Positions 1 through 10,152 of a stretch of 35,628 nt of DNA are shown here, in pieces. This DNA comes from an uncultured Gammaproteobacteria bacterium (GTDB lineage: Bacteria; Pseudomonadota; Gammaproteobacteria; CAMYKB01). The stretch is from assembly GCA_947258875.1 (NCBI GenBank), contig CAMYKB010000021.1, positions 1-35,628 of the forward strand, read 5' to 3'. Each line of letters starts with the position of its first letter. The stretch's first letter is position 1. Under the pieces are notes generated by a model. The model did not search any database. It saw only the letters and a list, made by a program, of their open reading frames with translations, and was not told the origin of the DNA. The position numbers were made by a program, and so were the translations under genes.

Positions 1-102
1 ATTTCCGCCTACGCGGAAATGACGCGTTAGCGGGACAGCAATGGCCGCGACCTTTTGATATGGTCAGTCAGATCAGGTGCTGACGATGACTGATAATCCG
101 GT

Positions 103-855
103 TTAGGGCAGGTGTTTACTGACCAGTTTCTCGACACGCGGCTGAATCCAGTCCTGTACTTCCTTGATGATATCCTCAGGCTGCTTGCCTTTGGTTCCAA
201 TAGGCTCGCCTATTTCCACCTCAACCGTGCCCGGATATTTGAGGAATTGTTTGCGCGGCCAAAAGCAGCCCGCATTATGTGCGACTGGCAGTATCGGCAC
301 CTCGTTACTTGCAGCGACCACTGCACCACCCACCTTGTATGGGCGTTTTTTACCTACAGGCACTCGCGTGCCTTCGGGAAAGATAATTAACCAGCGGCCC
401 AGTTGCAGGCGGTTTTTTGCCATCCCGGCTAGCTGCTCAACGGCTTTACGCCCGGCGCCACGATTCAGCGCTATGGGTTGGACCACGGCCAGGCCCCAGC
501 CGAAAAAAGGTACCCATAACAATTCGCGTTTTACCACCCACACCAATGGTGGCAGGGTGCTCGCCAGAAACATGGTTTCCCAGGTTGACTGATGGTTGGA
601 CATCACCATGCAGGGAGTTTTGGGTACGTTTTCCATTCCCTTGACTTCATAGTTGATCTTACAGGTTATCTTCAGCCACCAGATTATCATCCGCGGCCAG
701 CCGACGATGAGGCGATAACGCGTGTTATATGGAAGGGGAAACGTAAACACCGCAAAGATGGCGTAGCCCATCAGCGACACCACGAACCAGACCGAGAACA
801 GTAATGATCGTAGGTATAAAATAACCGGGCTGGGAATTTCCGTTTTCGTTTCCAT
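103..855 (-). CDS. 1-acyl-sn-glycerol-3-phosphate (lysophospholipid) acyltransferase, PlsC family
   Basis: 250 aa with N-terminal TM helices. It has an NHQSTWE H-X4-acidic acyltransferase motif and an FPEGTR motif. Its start lies 3 nt downstream of the gmhB stop in the same orientation, as in the Pseudomonas glyQ-glyS-gmhB-lptA arrangement. Confidence 0.8.
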   Translation of the reverse strand: METKTEIPSPVILYLRSLLFSVWFVVSLMGYAIFAVFTFPLPYNTRYRLIVGWPRMIIWWLKITCKINYEVKGMENVPKTPCMVMSNHQSTWETMFLASTLPPLVWVVKRELLWVPFFGWGLAVVQPIALNRGAGRKAVEQLAGMAKNRLQLGRWLIIFPEGTRVPVGKKRPYKVGGAVVAASNEVPILPVAHNAGCFWPRKQFLKYPGTVEVEIGEPIGTKGKQPEDIIKEVQDWIQPRVEKLVSKHLP

Positions 856-857
856 GA

Positions 858-1400
858 CTACTCGCTATTCCCCAGTATCGCATCGACGGCGGATGCCAGA
901 TCGTCATAAACCGGCACCGTGCCCGGCAAACCAGCCAATGCCTCAGTATGTCTACCCTTGCCGGTACGCACCAACAGCACCCTCGCACCCACTGCCCGAG
1001 CGGCCTCGATATCACGCAGCGAATCTCCAACCACCGTCACCGCTTCAAGGCTTGTATTGAATTGTGTCGCGGCCTGCTCCAACAATCCCGGCCTGGGCTT
1101 ACGGCAATCACAGCCATCATCCGGGCCGTGCGGGCAATAAAAAACTGCATCGATGTGGCCGCCATGACCGCTAAGCAGTGTGTGCATTTTCTGGTGCATG
1201 GCATCCAGTGTCTTGCGCGTAAACAGCCCGCGCGCAATACCCGATTGATTGCTCGCAACAGCGACCTTATAACCCGCAGCATTCAAACGTGCGATCGCTT
1301 CCAGGCTACCGGCTATGGGTATCCATTCTTCAGGCGATTTTATGAAGTGCTCAGAATCCTCGTTAATGACACCATCGCGATCAAGGATGATTAACTTCAT
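858..1400 (-). CDS. gmhB: D-glycero-beta-D-manno-heptose-1,7-bisphosphate 7-phosphatase (HAD-IIIA)
   Basis: DRDGVIN HAD motif I and a CPHGPDDGCDCRKP Zn-binding loop typical of GmhB/histidinol-phosphatase-like HAD enzymes. 180 aa, immediately downstream of glyS. Confidence 0.85.
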   Translation of the reverse strand: MKLIILDRDGVINEDSEHFIKSPEEWIPIAGSLEAIARLNAAGYKVAVASNQSGIARGLFTRKTLDAMHQKMHTLLSGHGGHIDAVFYCPHGPDDGCDCRKPRPGLLEQAATQFNTSLEAVTVVGDSLRDIEAARAVGARVLLVRTGKGRHTEALAGLPGTVPVYDDLASAVDAILGNSE

Positions 1401-1417
1401 GACGGCACAACGATGAG

Positions 1418-3493
1418 TTATTTTTGCAGCAGTGAGATATCTGCTGCACGCAGGAACAAGTTGTTGAGCTGCGAGAGCATCGCAATGCGATTATTTCTCA
1501 GCGCCTCATCGTCAGTCATTACCATGACGTCGTCGAAAAATTGGTCCACGGTTTCACGCAACTTCGCCAAACCACCTAGCGCCGACTCATAATCGCCCCG
1601 ATCGAACAACGGGCTGACCTCGGCCTGCAATGTCACCAGGTTTTCATGCAGCAACTGTTCAGCCTTGTCTGTGAGCAACGCGGTATTGATCTTGTCGGGT
1701 AAGTTGCCGTCGACTTTTTTAAGTATATTACGAATACGTTTATTGGCGGCGGCTAGACTTTCGGCCTCAGGCAATTCACGGAAACGCTGTACCGCTTTCA
1801 CGCGGCGCTCGAAATCCAGCGGCCGGGCAGGGCGTCGCGCGATGACCGCATCGATGACATCATAGGCAATACCCCGATCCAGGTAGTACGCCTTGAGCCG
1901 GTCCATTATATAATCGAATACTTGTTGCTCTGTCTTGCTTGTCTCAATCTTGTCGGCCAAGCCTTCGGCCGCCTTATTAATCAGCACCCGCAGATCGAGA
2001 TCGCGTTGCCGCTCAATGATAATTCGCAGCACACCCAAAGCGGCACGGCGCAGGCCGTATGGATCTTTTGCGCCCGAGGGTTTTTTGCCTATCGCAAAAA
2101 TACCCACCAGCGTATCCAGCTTGTCGGCGATTGATAACACCTGACCAATATCGCCCCTGGGCAAGTCATCACCGGCATGCCGCGGCATGTATTGTTCGTC
2201 TAATGCATCAGCAATAGCTTGTGGTTCGCCATCATGCTGTGCGTAATAACGGCCCATGATGCCTTGCAGCTCCGGAAACTCATAAACCATATCCGTCATA
2301 AGATCGCACTTTGAAAGTTTCGCAGCGCGTTGCGCATGCTGTATATCAACACCGAGTCGGGTTGCAACCTCTACGGCCAACGTGGCGACACGCTGTGATT
2401 TTTCAAACAGGCTGCCGAGTTGTTTTTCAAACACCACCTGCTTCAATGATTCAATGTGATCAGCAAGTTTGCGTTTACGATCCTGATTCCAGAAAAATTC
2501 AGCATCGGAAAACCGCGGGCGAATCACGCGTTCATTACCTTTCCGCACTTTATCCGGAACGCCACTTTCGATATTGCTGACAGCAATAAAATGCGGCAGT
2601 AACTTGCCTTGTACATCGACCACTGGAAAATATTTCTGGTTGTCCTGCATGGTCGATATCAATACTTCCTGTGGCACGGCGAGGTACTTTTCCTCAAAAC
2701 TCCCGATGATAGCTGCCGGCCACTCAACCAATGCAGTCACCTCATCCAGCAGATCTGCGTCAATAATCGCTCTACCACCCAGACCTTTGGCAACAGCGTC
2801 AACCTGTTCGCTGATGCGTTCACGACGTACGGCAAAATCAGCGAGCACCTTGCCAATATTCTCCAGCGTCGCAGCATACTCATCAGGTACTGTCAGCGTT
2901 ATCGGTGACGGATTATGGAAGCGATGCCCATATGTAATGTTACTGGCCTGAACATCCAGGATCGATGCAGGTATAACCTCGGCACCGAACAATAACACCA
3001 CCCAGTGAACCGGGCGCACGAACTCAACCTCGCCTGCGCCCCAACGCATACGTTTTGGTATTGGTAGATTGCTTAATGCCGTTTCAACAATATTCGGTAT
3101 ACGCTCTTTTGTCAGCGCCCCGGGCTTCTGTTGTCTAAATACAAGCCAGGCCCCTTTGTTGTTTTCAAGCTTTTCAAGGTCAGTGACTTCGACACCACAT
3201 GATTTGGCAAATCCTATGGCGGCTTTGGTTGCATGGCCCGCATCATCATATGCCGCTTTAAGTGACGGCCCCTGCCGTGTTTCATTTATATCCTCTTGCT
3301 GCGTAGCAAGATCTTTTACAAGTACCGCCAAACGCCGCGGGCTTGCATACCACGATAGTCCTCCATGCTCAATCTTGTCATCTACCAAAAGCAGGCCAAT
3401 ATTAAGTTCAAAGGCCTCGGCTAACTTACGTAAAGCCTTGGGTGGCAACTCTTCCGTGCCGATCTCAATCAGTAAGTCTTTATGCTCAGCCAT
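1418..3493 (-). CDS. glyS: glycine--tRNA ligase beta subunit
   Basis: Strong full-length similarity to GlyS, including the C-terminal anticodon-binding domain. The true start [18 protein letters not shown] at 3493 lies 4 nt after the glyQ stop. The track ORF extends a further 45 codons upstream into glyQ and is rejected. The product is about 691 aa (E. coli GlyS is 689 aa). Confidence 0.95.
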   Translation of the reverse strand: MAEHKDLLIEIGTEELPPKALRKLAEAFELNIGLLLVDDKIEHGGLSWYASPRRLAVLVKDLATQQEDINETRQGPSLKAAYDDAGHATKAAIGFAKSCGVEVTDLEKLENNKGAWLVFRQQKPGALTKERIPNIVETALSNLPIPKRMRWGAGEVEFVRPVHWVVLLFGAEVIPASILDVQASNITYGHRFHNPSPITLTVPDEYAATLENIGKVLADFAVRRERISEQVDAVAKGLGGRAIIDADLLDEVTALVEWPAAIIGSFEEKYLAVPQEVLISTMQDNQKYFPVVDVQGKLLPHFIAVSNIESGVPDKVRKGNERVIRPRFSDAEFFWNQDRKRKLADHIESLKQVVFEKQLGSLFEKSQRVATLAVEVATRLGVDIQHAQRAAKLSKCDLMTDMVYEFPELQGIMGRYYAQHDGEPQAIADALDEQYMPRHAGDDLPRGDIGQVLSIADKLDTLVGIFAIGKKPSGAKDPYGLRRAALGVLRIIIERQRDLDLRVLINKAAEGLADKIETSKTEQQVFDYIMDRLKAYYLDRGIAYDVIDAVIARRPARPLDFERRVKAVQRFRELPEAESLAAANKRIRNILKKVDGNLPDKINTALLTDKAEQLLHENLVTLQAEVSPLFDRGDYESALGGLAKLRETVDQFFDDVMVMTDDEALRNNRIAMLSQLNNLFLRAADISLLQK

Positions 3494-4412
3494 GTGACAC
3501 CTTGCCCTCTTGGCCCAGCATGGGAAAGCCCAGTTTTTCACGGGCTGCGTAATATGCTTCGGCAACGGCGCGTGACAGGGCACGTACACGCAGGATATAG
3601 CGTTGCCTTTCGGTAACTGAAATCGCATGGCGCGCGTCCAACAGGTTGAATGTGTGCGATGCCTTCAGCATTTGCTCATACGCGGGCAGGGGCAGTTGCG
3701 CCTCGATCAGCCGCTGACTTTCCTGTTCGCAGGTGTTGAACCAGGCAAACAACGATTCGATATCCGCCTGTTCGAAATTATAGGTGGACTGCTCCACCTC
3801 GTTCTGGTGAAACACGTCGCCATAGGTCACGATACCCTGCGGTCCCGTGGTCCAGACCAGATCGTAGATGCTCTCCTGATCCTGTAAGTACATGGCAAGG
3901 CGTTCAAGTCCGTACGTGATTTCGCCACTGACCGGGCGGCACTCAAGCCCGCCCACCTGTTGGAAATAGGTAAACTGCGTGACCTCCATACCGTTTAGCC
4001 ACACCTCCCAGCCCAACCCCCAGGCACCCAGAGTCGGTGATTCCCAGTTGTCTTCCACAAAACGGATATCGTGCACCAGCGGATCGAAACCCAGCATCTT
4101 CAACGAACCCAGGTACAACGCCTGGATCTCCAATGGCGACGGTTTGAGGAGCACCTGAAACTGGTAGTAATGTTGCAGACGATTTGGGTTTTCACCATAG
4201 CGTCCATCAGTCGGTCTGCGGCAGGGCTGCACGTATGCCGTGCGCCAGGGCTCCGGACCAATTGCACGCAGGAATGTCGCCGGATGAAAAGTACCGGCAC
4301 CCATTTCCATATCATAGGGCTGCAGTATCCCGCAACCCTGCTCGGCCCAATAGGACTGCAACGCCAGGATCAGCCCCTGAAACGTGCTGACATCGTATTT
4401 AGATTTGCTCAT
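3486..4412 (-). CDS. glyQ: glycine--tRNA ligase alpha subunit
   Basis: Start chosen at [22 protein letters not shown] (E. coli GlyQ begins [20 protein letters not shown]). The class II aaRS core is conserved. About 308 aa. Confidence 0.95.
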   Translation of the reverse strand: MSKSKYDVSTFQGLILALQSYWAEQGCGILQPYDMEMGAGTFHPATFLRAIGPEPWRTAYVQPCRRPTDGRYGENPNRLQHYYQFQVLLKPSPLEIQALYLGSLKMLGFDPLVHDIRFVEDNWESPTLGAWGLGWEVWLNGMEVTQFTYFQQVGGLECRPVSGEITYGLERLAMYLQDQESIYDLVWTTGPQGIVTYGDVFHQNEVEQSTYNFEQADIESLFAWFNTCEQESQRLIEAQLPLPAYEQMLKASHTFNLLDARHAISVTERQRYILRVRALSRAVAEAYYAAREKLGFPMLGQEGKVSHG

Positions 4413-4544
4413 GTGAATTGATGCTACAGGAAAGCGGCAAGTATAACGGTGGCGGGATGTTTGCTCCAGCAAAGTACACGTCAAGATCGCTGTGCCTACC
4501 CCGCCTGATCATTTATCATGGGCCACCACCAGGAAATAACAGCG

Positions 4545-4790
4545 ATGATCCGGATTTATTCGCCAAGAGATATCACCGAGGCCTATCTCATCAAAGGCTT
4601 GCTCGAACAGGACAACATACCAGTACACGTGACGGGGCTATACCTGCAAGGCGGAATCGGTGAGTTACCGGTTTCTGACTTGTTAGGCGTGAATGTGCCG
4701 GACGAATACCAGCAGCTGGCATTAAGCATCATCGAGCAATATGAACAAGCCACGCCCATCGCACCCATGGACACCAAGGATTGCGAGTGA
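4545..4790 (+). CDS. small DUF2007-like (putative signal-transducing) protein
   Basis: An AGGAAA Shine-Dalgarno sits 8 nt upstream of the ATG at 4545. The N-terminus MIRIYSPRDITEAYLIKGLLEQDNIPVHV fits the DUF2007 pattern. 81 aa. Confidence 0.5.
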   Translation: MIRIYSPRDITEAYLIKGLLEQDNIPVHVTGLYLQGGIGELPVSDLLGVNVPDEYQQLALSIIEQYEQATPIAPMDTKDCE

Positions 4791-4931
4791 CTACTGCATT
4801 CAAGGCCCGCGAATGGCTTGTTGCTATTTACGCTGCGCTGATACACTTCGACACCACCAGCTGGACCTGTACCACATGATGGCCCATTAGATTCTGGCGC
4901 TGTTGAAACGTACCAGGACGCAGGCAATAAC

Positions 4932-4946
4932 GCACCATAATAGTGC
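4932..4946. promoter_or_regulatory. NtrC (NRI) enhancer-type binding site upstream of glnA
   Basis: GCACCA-taa-TAGTGC matches the NtrC consensus TGCACCA-N3-TGGTGCA with one mismatch. It is centred about 130 bp upstream of the predicted sigma54 transcription start. A weaker second candidate lies near 4973-4989. Confidence 0.45.
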
Positions 4947-5041
4947 GGTAGTTTCTTCTGGCGCGTTGATGTGGGGCATACCATGTGCCATAAAGACGCG
5001 TATAATGCGCGGTTTCCGCGGTTTTCTGTAATGCCGCCCCG

Positions 5042-5057
5042 TGGCATATATCGTGCT
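5042..5057 (+). promoter_or_regulatory. sigma54 (-24/-12) promoter, glnAp2-like
   Basis: TGGCAT-atatc-gTGCT has the exact GG-N10-GC spacing of the sigma54 consensus TGGCAC-N5-TTGCW. It lies about 100 bp upstream of the glnA ATG. A TATAAT hexamer at 5001-5006 could be a sigma70 glnAp1. Confidence 0.5.
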
Positions 5058-5157
5058 TATCAGGTAACACATATAGATTTTCTCTATTTTATTTTCTTGG
5101 ACTTACCCGCTGCCCCGGCAGCTCAACCTTATTGTTATTTGTTGGGAGGAACTCCGC

Positions 5158-6567
<1,410 letters not shown>

Positions 6568-6593
6568 TTCGTTATTGACACGCAGTTGCACTA

Positions 6594-6620
6594 ACGCCCC
6601 CGCAAGGGGGCGTTTTTTTT
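6594..6620 (+). terminator. rho-independent terminator of glnA
   Basis: ACGCCCCC-GCAA-GGGGGCGT perfect 8-bp GC stem with a GNRA-like loop, followed by T8, 27 nt after the glnA stop. Confidence 0.8.
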
Positions 6621-6675
6621 GAACCATCAACAAAAACCCGGTCTAATTCCTTGCACCACTCTGGATGACTCACTT

Positions 6676-7305
6676 ATGCTTCAGATCATGATTCGATATT
6701 GCCTAATCAGCCTGCTGTTATTGACCGGCATAGCCCACGCCGAGGTCTATCGCTGGGTCGATAAGAACGGTAATGTGGTGTTCTCGGATTCACCACCAGC
6801 CAAAGGTAGCCCTGAAAGCAGGAAGGCTGAAAAAATCAAAATAGCCCCGATCACAACCGTACCTTCCTTCAAACCGCAGCCTGAACCCCAGGCAGCTGAC
6901 GCCACTAGCAATAGCAAAGATACTGGAAAGGAGCGTGCAACTGTCGGGCGTTATACGGTTTTTGTCATCACGTCCCCGCCTGCAGGCGAGTCAGTACGTA
7001 ACAATGCAGGTAACGTGAACATCGAATTTGATGTCGTCCCGCCGCTTGATGTGGTGGCGGGTCACAGTGTCCATGTATTTATGGACGGCGAGGAGGTCGC
7101 TAACGGGCAACAAACTGGGTTTGTCCTCAACAATGTCGATCGCGGCACTCATACCCTGTACGGCGAAATCAAGAACCTACAAGGCGACCTTATCGGCAAG
7201 ACCAATCGCATAAGCTTCACCTTGCAGCGCCATTCAGTGCTTTTCAATAAGCCAAGCAACTCAAGCCCTGGCGCGCCGCTACCCTCGGGTGGCACCCGTC
7301 CGTAA
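6676..7305 (+). CDS. DUF4124 domain secreted protein
   Basis: Signal peptide (LISLLLLTGIAHA) followed by EVYRWVDKNGNVVFSDSPP, the DUF4124 signature, then a Pro/Gln-rich linker. The start is moved from 6619 to the ATG at 6676 because the 6619 start would overlap the glnA terminator. The start remains uncertain. Confidence 0.6.
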   Translation: MLQIMIRYCLISLLLLTGIAHAEVYRWVDKNGNVVFSDSPPAKGSPESRKAEKIKIAPITTVPSFKPQPEPQAADATSNSKDTGKERATVGRYTVFVITSPPAGESVRNNAGNVNIEFDVVPPLDVVAGHSVHVFMDGEEVANGQQTGFVLNNVDRGTHTLYGEIKNLQGDLIGKTNRISFTLQRHSVLFNKPSNSSPGAPLPSGGTRP

Positions 7306-7360
7306 GGCTCTCCCAGCAACCATCAAAATAGATTCCGCCCACACCTAGCCCGGGCATTGC

Positions 7361-7375
7361 GCACTATTTTAGTGC
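7361..7375. promoter_or_regulatory. NtrC-box-like perfect palindrome upstream of ntrB
   Basis: GCACTA-ttt-TAGTGC is a perfect 15-bp palindrome with the GCAC-N7-GTGC core spacing of NtrC sites. It lies in the 245-bp untranslated gap before ntrB. Confidence 0.4.
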
Positions 7376-7550
7376 ATAATGCCGTACTGAAGCACTCCAG
7401 CGGTGACTCCCGCACAGTTGGATATGCCACAAAACGCATGCAATTAGCGCTTGAGTGCGGTCTTCTGCCACGTAAACCCCACCCTCATTGGCTGCATGCG
7501 CTCGTACCACAAACCGGCCAATGTGGTTCGGTTTTTGCACATATAGTCTT

Positions 7551-8621
7551 ATGCCAGAAACAGACCAGCCCCAGATTCTTGAAAACCTCACAACCGCTGT
7601 ACTGCTCTTCGATGAGGAACTCAAGCTGAGTTACGCCAATCCCGCGGCTGAGATGCTGCTCAGCGTCAGCGCCAAGCGCATCCAGGGTTGTGATTTCGGA
7701 GCCATATTATCCAGCCCGGATAACAGCCTGGAGCCACGCGTACGTAAGGCCTTCGTGACAGGTCATCCCTACACCGAGCGTGAACGGCAGGTGATCGTGA
7801 ATGACAAACGACCCATGACCGTCGATTGCACAATCACGCCACTGGCGGGGCCTGGGGCAAGGCGATGGCTACTACTTGAGATGGTACGGCTCGATCGCCA
7901 GTTACGCATTCTGGAGGAGGAGCACCTTCTTATTCAACAGGAAGCGACCCGCATGATGGTGCGCGGTATGGCGCATGAAATCAAAAACCCACTGGGTGGC
8001 CTACGTGGTGCGGCGCAACTCCTGGAAAAGGAACTCAGCGACGAAAGTCTGAAGGAGTACACACGCATCATCATTGGCGAGGCGGACCGCCTGCATAAAC
8101 TTGTTGATCGTATGCTCGGTCCGAATAACATGCCGAATATGCAGGACGTTTCTATACATGAAATTATGGAACATGTGCGCAATCTGCTACTAGCCGAAGC
8201 GCCACCGGAGATCCAAATCGGGACCGACTATGACCCTAGTATTCCTTCTATCTACGCCGATAGGGACCTATTGGTGCAAGCCGTTCTAAACGTTATGCGT
8301 AACGCACTTCAAGCGTTGCCCCAACGTGGCGAAATCATGCTCACCACCCGCATCATGCGCCAGTTCACCATTGGCAAGCACCGTCACCGCTTGGTAGTCA
8401 AGATTGATATTACCGACAACGGCCCGGGCATACCTGAAGAAATTCTACAAAAGATTTTTTATCCACTGGTTTCAGGTAACGAGCAGGGTACCGGGCTAGG
8501 ACTGTCAATCGCACAGTCATTGATCAATCAACACAAAGGCATCATTGAGTGTGAGTCGCAGCCAGGCCGCACGACCTTCAGAATTCTGTTACCTGTGGAG
8601 CATAAATCCCATGACAGATAA
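7551..8621 (+). CDS. glnL: nitrogen regulation sensor histidine kinase NtrB (NRII)
   Basis: The N-terminus MPETDQPQILENLTTAVLLFDEELKLSYANPAAEMLL is collinear with E. coli NtrB. It has an H-box MAHEIKNPLGG and a HATPase domain. About 356 aa. The track start at 7488 is rejected. Confidence 0.9.
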   Translation: MPETDQPQILENLTTAVLLFDEELKLSYANPAAEMLLSVSAKRIQGCDFGAILSSPDNSLEPRVRKAFVTGHPYTERERQVIVNDKRPMTVDCTITPLAGPGARRWLLLEMVRLDRQLRILEEEHLLIQQEATRMMVRGMAHEIKNPLGGLRGAAQLLEKELSDESLKEYTRIIIGEADRLHKLVDRMLGPNNMPNMQDVSIHEIMEHVRNLLLAEAPPEIQIGTDYDPSIPSIYADRDLLVQAVLNVMRNALQALPQRGEIMLTTRIMRQFTIGKHRHRLVVKIDITDNGPGIPEEILQKIFYPLVSGNEQGTGLGLSIAQSLINQHKGIIECESQPGRTTFRILLPVEHKSHDR

Positions 8622-8651
8622 CACCATAACAGATAAATGTGGAGATATAAC

Positions 8652-10064
8652 ATGACAGCTAACCCGGACCGCGTTTGGATCATCGACGATGACCGCTCGA
8701 TTCGCTGGGTACTGGAACGCGCGCTCAAGAACGCCGAATTTGATGTACAGGCATTTGAAACTGCGAATAGCGCCATCGACGCGCTTGGGAGTGAGGCACC
8801 TGATGCCATTATCACTGATATCCGCATGCCGGGGATGGACGGTTTTGACCTGCTTAACCGCATTCAACACGACCACCCACATTTGCCCGTCATCATCATG
8901 ACGGCGCACTCTGATCTGGACAGTGCTGTGACCGCGTATCAGGGCGGCGCTTTTGAATACCTGCCTAAACCTTTCGATGTCGATAACGCCGTCGAACTCG
9001 CCAAACGCGCCTGTCTGCTGGGCAAGGAAAACAATGGCGGCGACCAGGTCAGCGAAATTGGGTTGCCAGAAATTATTGGCGAAGCAGCAGCAATGCAAGA
9101 AGTATTTCGTGCTATCGGTCGCCTCTCGCGCTCCAACATTACTGTGCTGATCAATGGCGCATCCGGTACCGGCAAGGAACTGGTTGCCGGCGCGCTGCAC
9201 CGCCACAGCCCGCGCGCGGACAAACCCTTTATTGCGCTTAACACCGCCGCAATTCCCAAAGATTTACTGGAATCTGAATTGTTTGGTCACGAAAAGGGCG
9301 CCTTCACTGGTGCGCAAGCATTGCGCCGGGGCCGTTTTGAACAAGCCGATGGCGGTACCCTGTTCCTTGATGAAATCGGTGACATGCCGGCTGAACTGCA
9401 AACCCGCCTGTTGCGCGTCCTGTCAGATGGCGAATTCTACCGTGTCGGCGGACACACACCGATCAAGGTCGATGTGCGCATCATTGCCGCCACCCATCAG
9501 GACCTGGAACAACGTGTAAAGGACCACCAGTTCCGCGAAGACCTGTTCCATCGCCTCAACGTTATCCGAATACATGTGCCTTCACTGCGCGACCGCCGTG
9601 ATGATATTCCGTTATTGCTAGACTATTTTCTGCACCAGGCCGCAACGGAACTCAATGTTGAGCCCAAGCAACCACGCAGGGAAGTTGTTGAATACCTCAG
9701 CAATCTCGACTGGCCCGGTAATGTGCGTCAACTCGAGAACCTATGCCGCTGGTTAACTGTAATGGCCTCAGGCCGGGAAATCTACACAGACGACCTGCCA
9801 CCCGAATTACGACAGACCAAGCCTGCCTCTACGGGATCAAACTGGCAGGACGCACTCGCCCACTGGGCCAGCACTGAACTTACTTCCGGCACGCAAGCAC
9901 TGCTCGACAAGGCCACACCAATGTTCGAACGCATCATGATCGACGCCGCCATGAAATGCAGTGCCGGCAAACGCCAGGAAGCTGCAAAATTACTCGGCTG
10001 GGGTCGTAATACGCTTACGCGCAAAATCACAGAATTGGGGATGTATAGTAATGAGAGTGATTAA
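8652..10064 (+). CDS. glnG: nitrogen regulation response regulator NtrC (NRI), sigma54 activator
   Basis: A GGAGAT Shine-Dalgarno sits 6 nt upstream of the ATG at 8652. It has a receiver domain (DDD...K), an AAA+ sigma54-interaction domain with a GAFTGA motif, and a C-terminal Fis-type HTH. Confidence 0.93.
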   Translation: MTANPDRVWIIDDDRSIRWVLERALKNAEFDVQAFETANSAIDALGSEAPDAIITDIRMPGMDGFDLLNRIQHDHPHLPVIIMTAHSDLDSAVTAYQGGAFEYLPKPFDVDNAVELAKRACLLGKENNGGDQVSEIGLPEIIGEAAAMQEVFRAIGRLSRSNITVLINGASGTGKELVAGALHRHSPRADKPFIALNTAAIPKDLLESELFGHEKGAFTGAQALRRGRFEQADGGTLFLDEIGDMPAELQTRLLRVLSDGEFYRVGGHTPIKVDVRIIAATHQDLEQRVKDHQFREDLFHRLNVIRIHVPSLRDRRDDIPLLLDYFLHQAATELNVEPKQPRREVVEYLSNLDWPGNVRQLENLCRWLTVMASGREIYTDDLPPELRQTKPASTGSNWQDALAHWASTELTSGTQALLDKATPMFERIMIDAAMKCSAGKRQEAAKLLGWGRNTLTRKITELGMYSNESD

Positions 10065-10152
10065 CCGTTAACAACGGTCGCGCCGGTAAATTCAGCCGTA
10101 ATCAACTGCCAAATTCATAGCCACTTCATTGAGTGAGTATCCAAACTGTTTG

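Noticed and set aside
1-20. Perfect hairpin ATTTCCGC-CTAC-GCGGAAAT at the window edge downstream of the plsC-like gene
   Set aside because: It could be a terminator for the minus-strand operon. The poly-U tract would lie outside the window, so it cannot be evaluated.
6619-6675. Upstream extension of the DUF4124 ORF
   Set aside because: The upstream start would overlap the glnA terminator hairpin and T-tract. The downstream ATG with a GGATGA-like Shine-Dalgarno and the signal peptide is preferred.
7523-7539. sigma54-like TGG-N9-TTGCA element just before ntrB
   Set aside because: The spacing is right and the -12 TTGCA is perfect. However it ends only 12 nt before the chosen ntrB ATG, leaving no room for a 5'UTR or Shine-Dalgarno, and the -24 half is poor (TGGTTC). 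It is recorded but not called.
7357-7629. 90-aa plus-strand ORF covering the ntrB upstream region
   Set aside because: It begins inside the NtrC-box palindrome and runs into the ntrB start. It looks like a chance ORF in a regulatory region.
8589-9206. 205-aa ORF antisense to the ntrB/ntrC junction
   Set aside because: It is a shadow ORF across well-supported ntrB and ntrC. It has no Shine-Dalgarno and no recognisable motifs.
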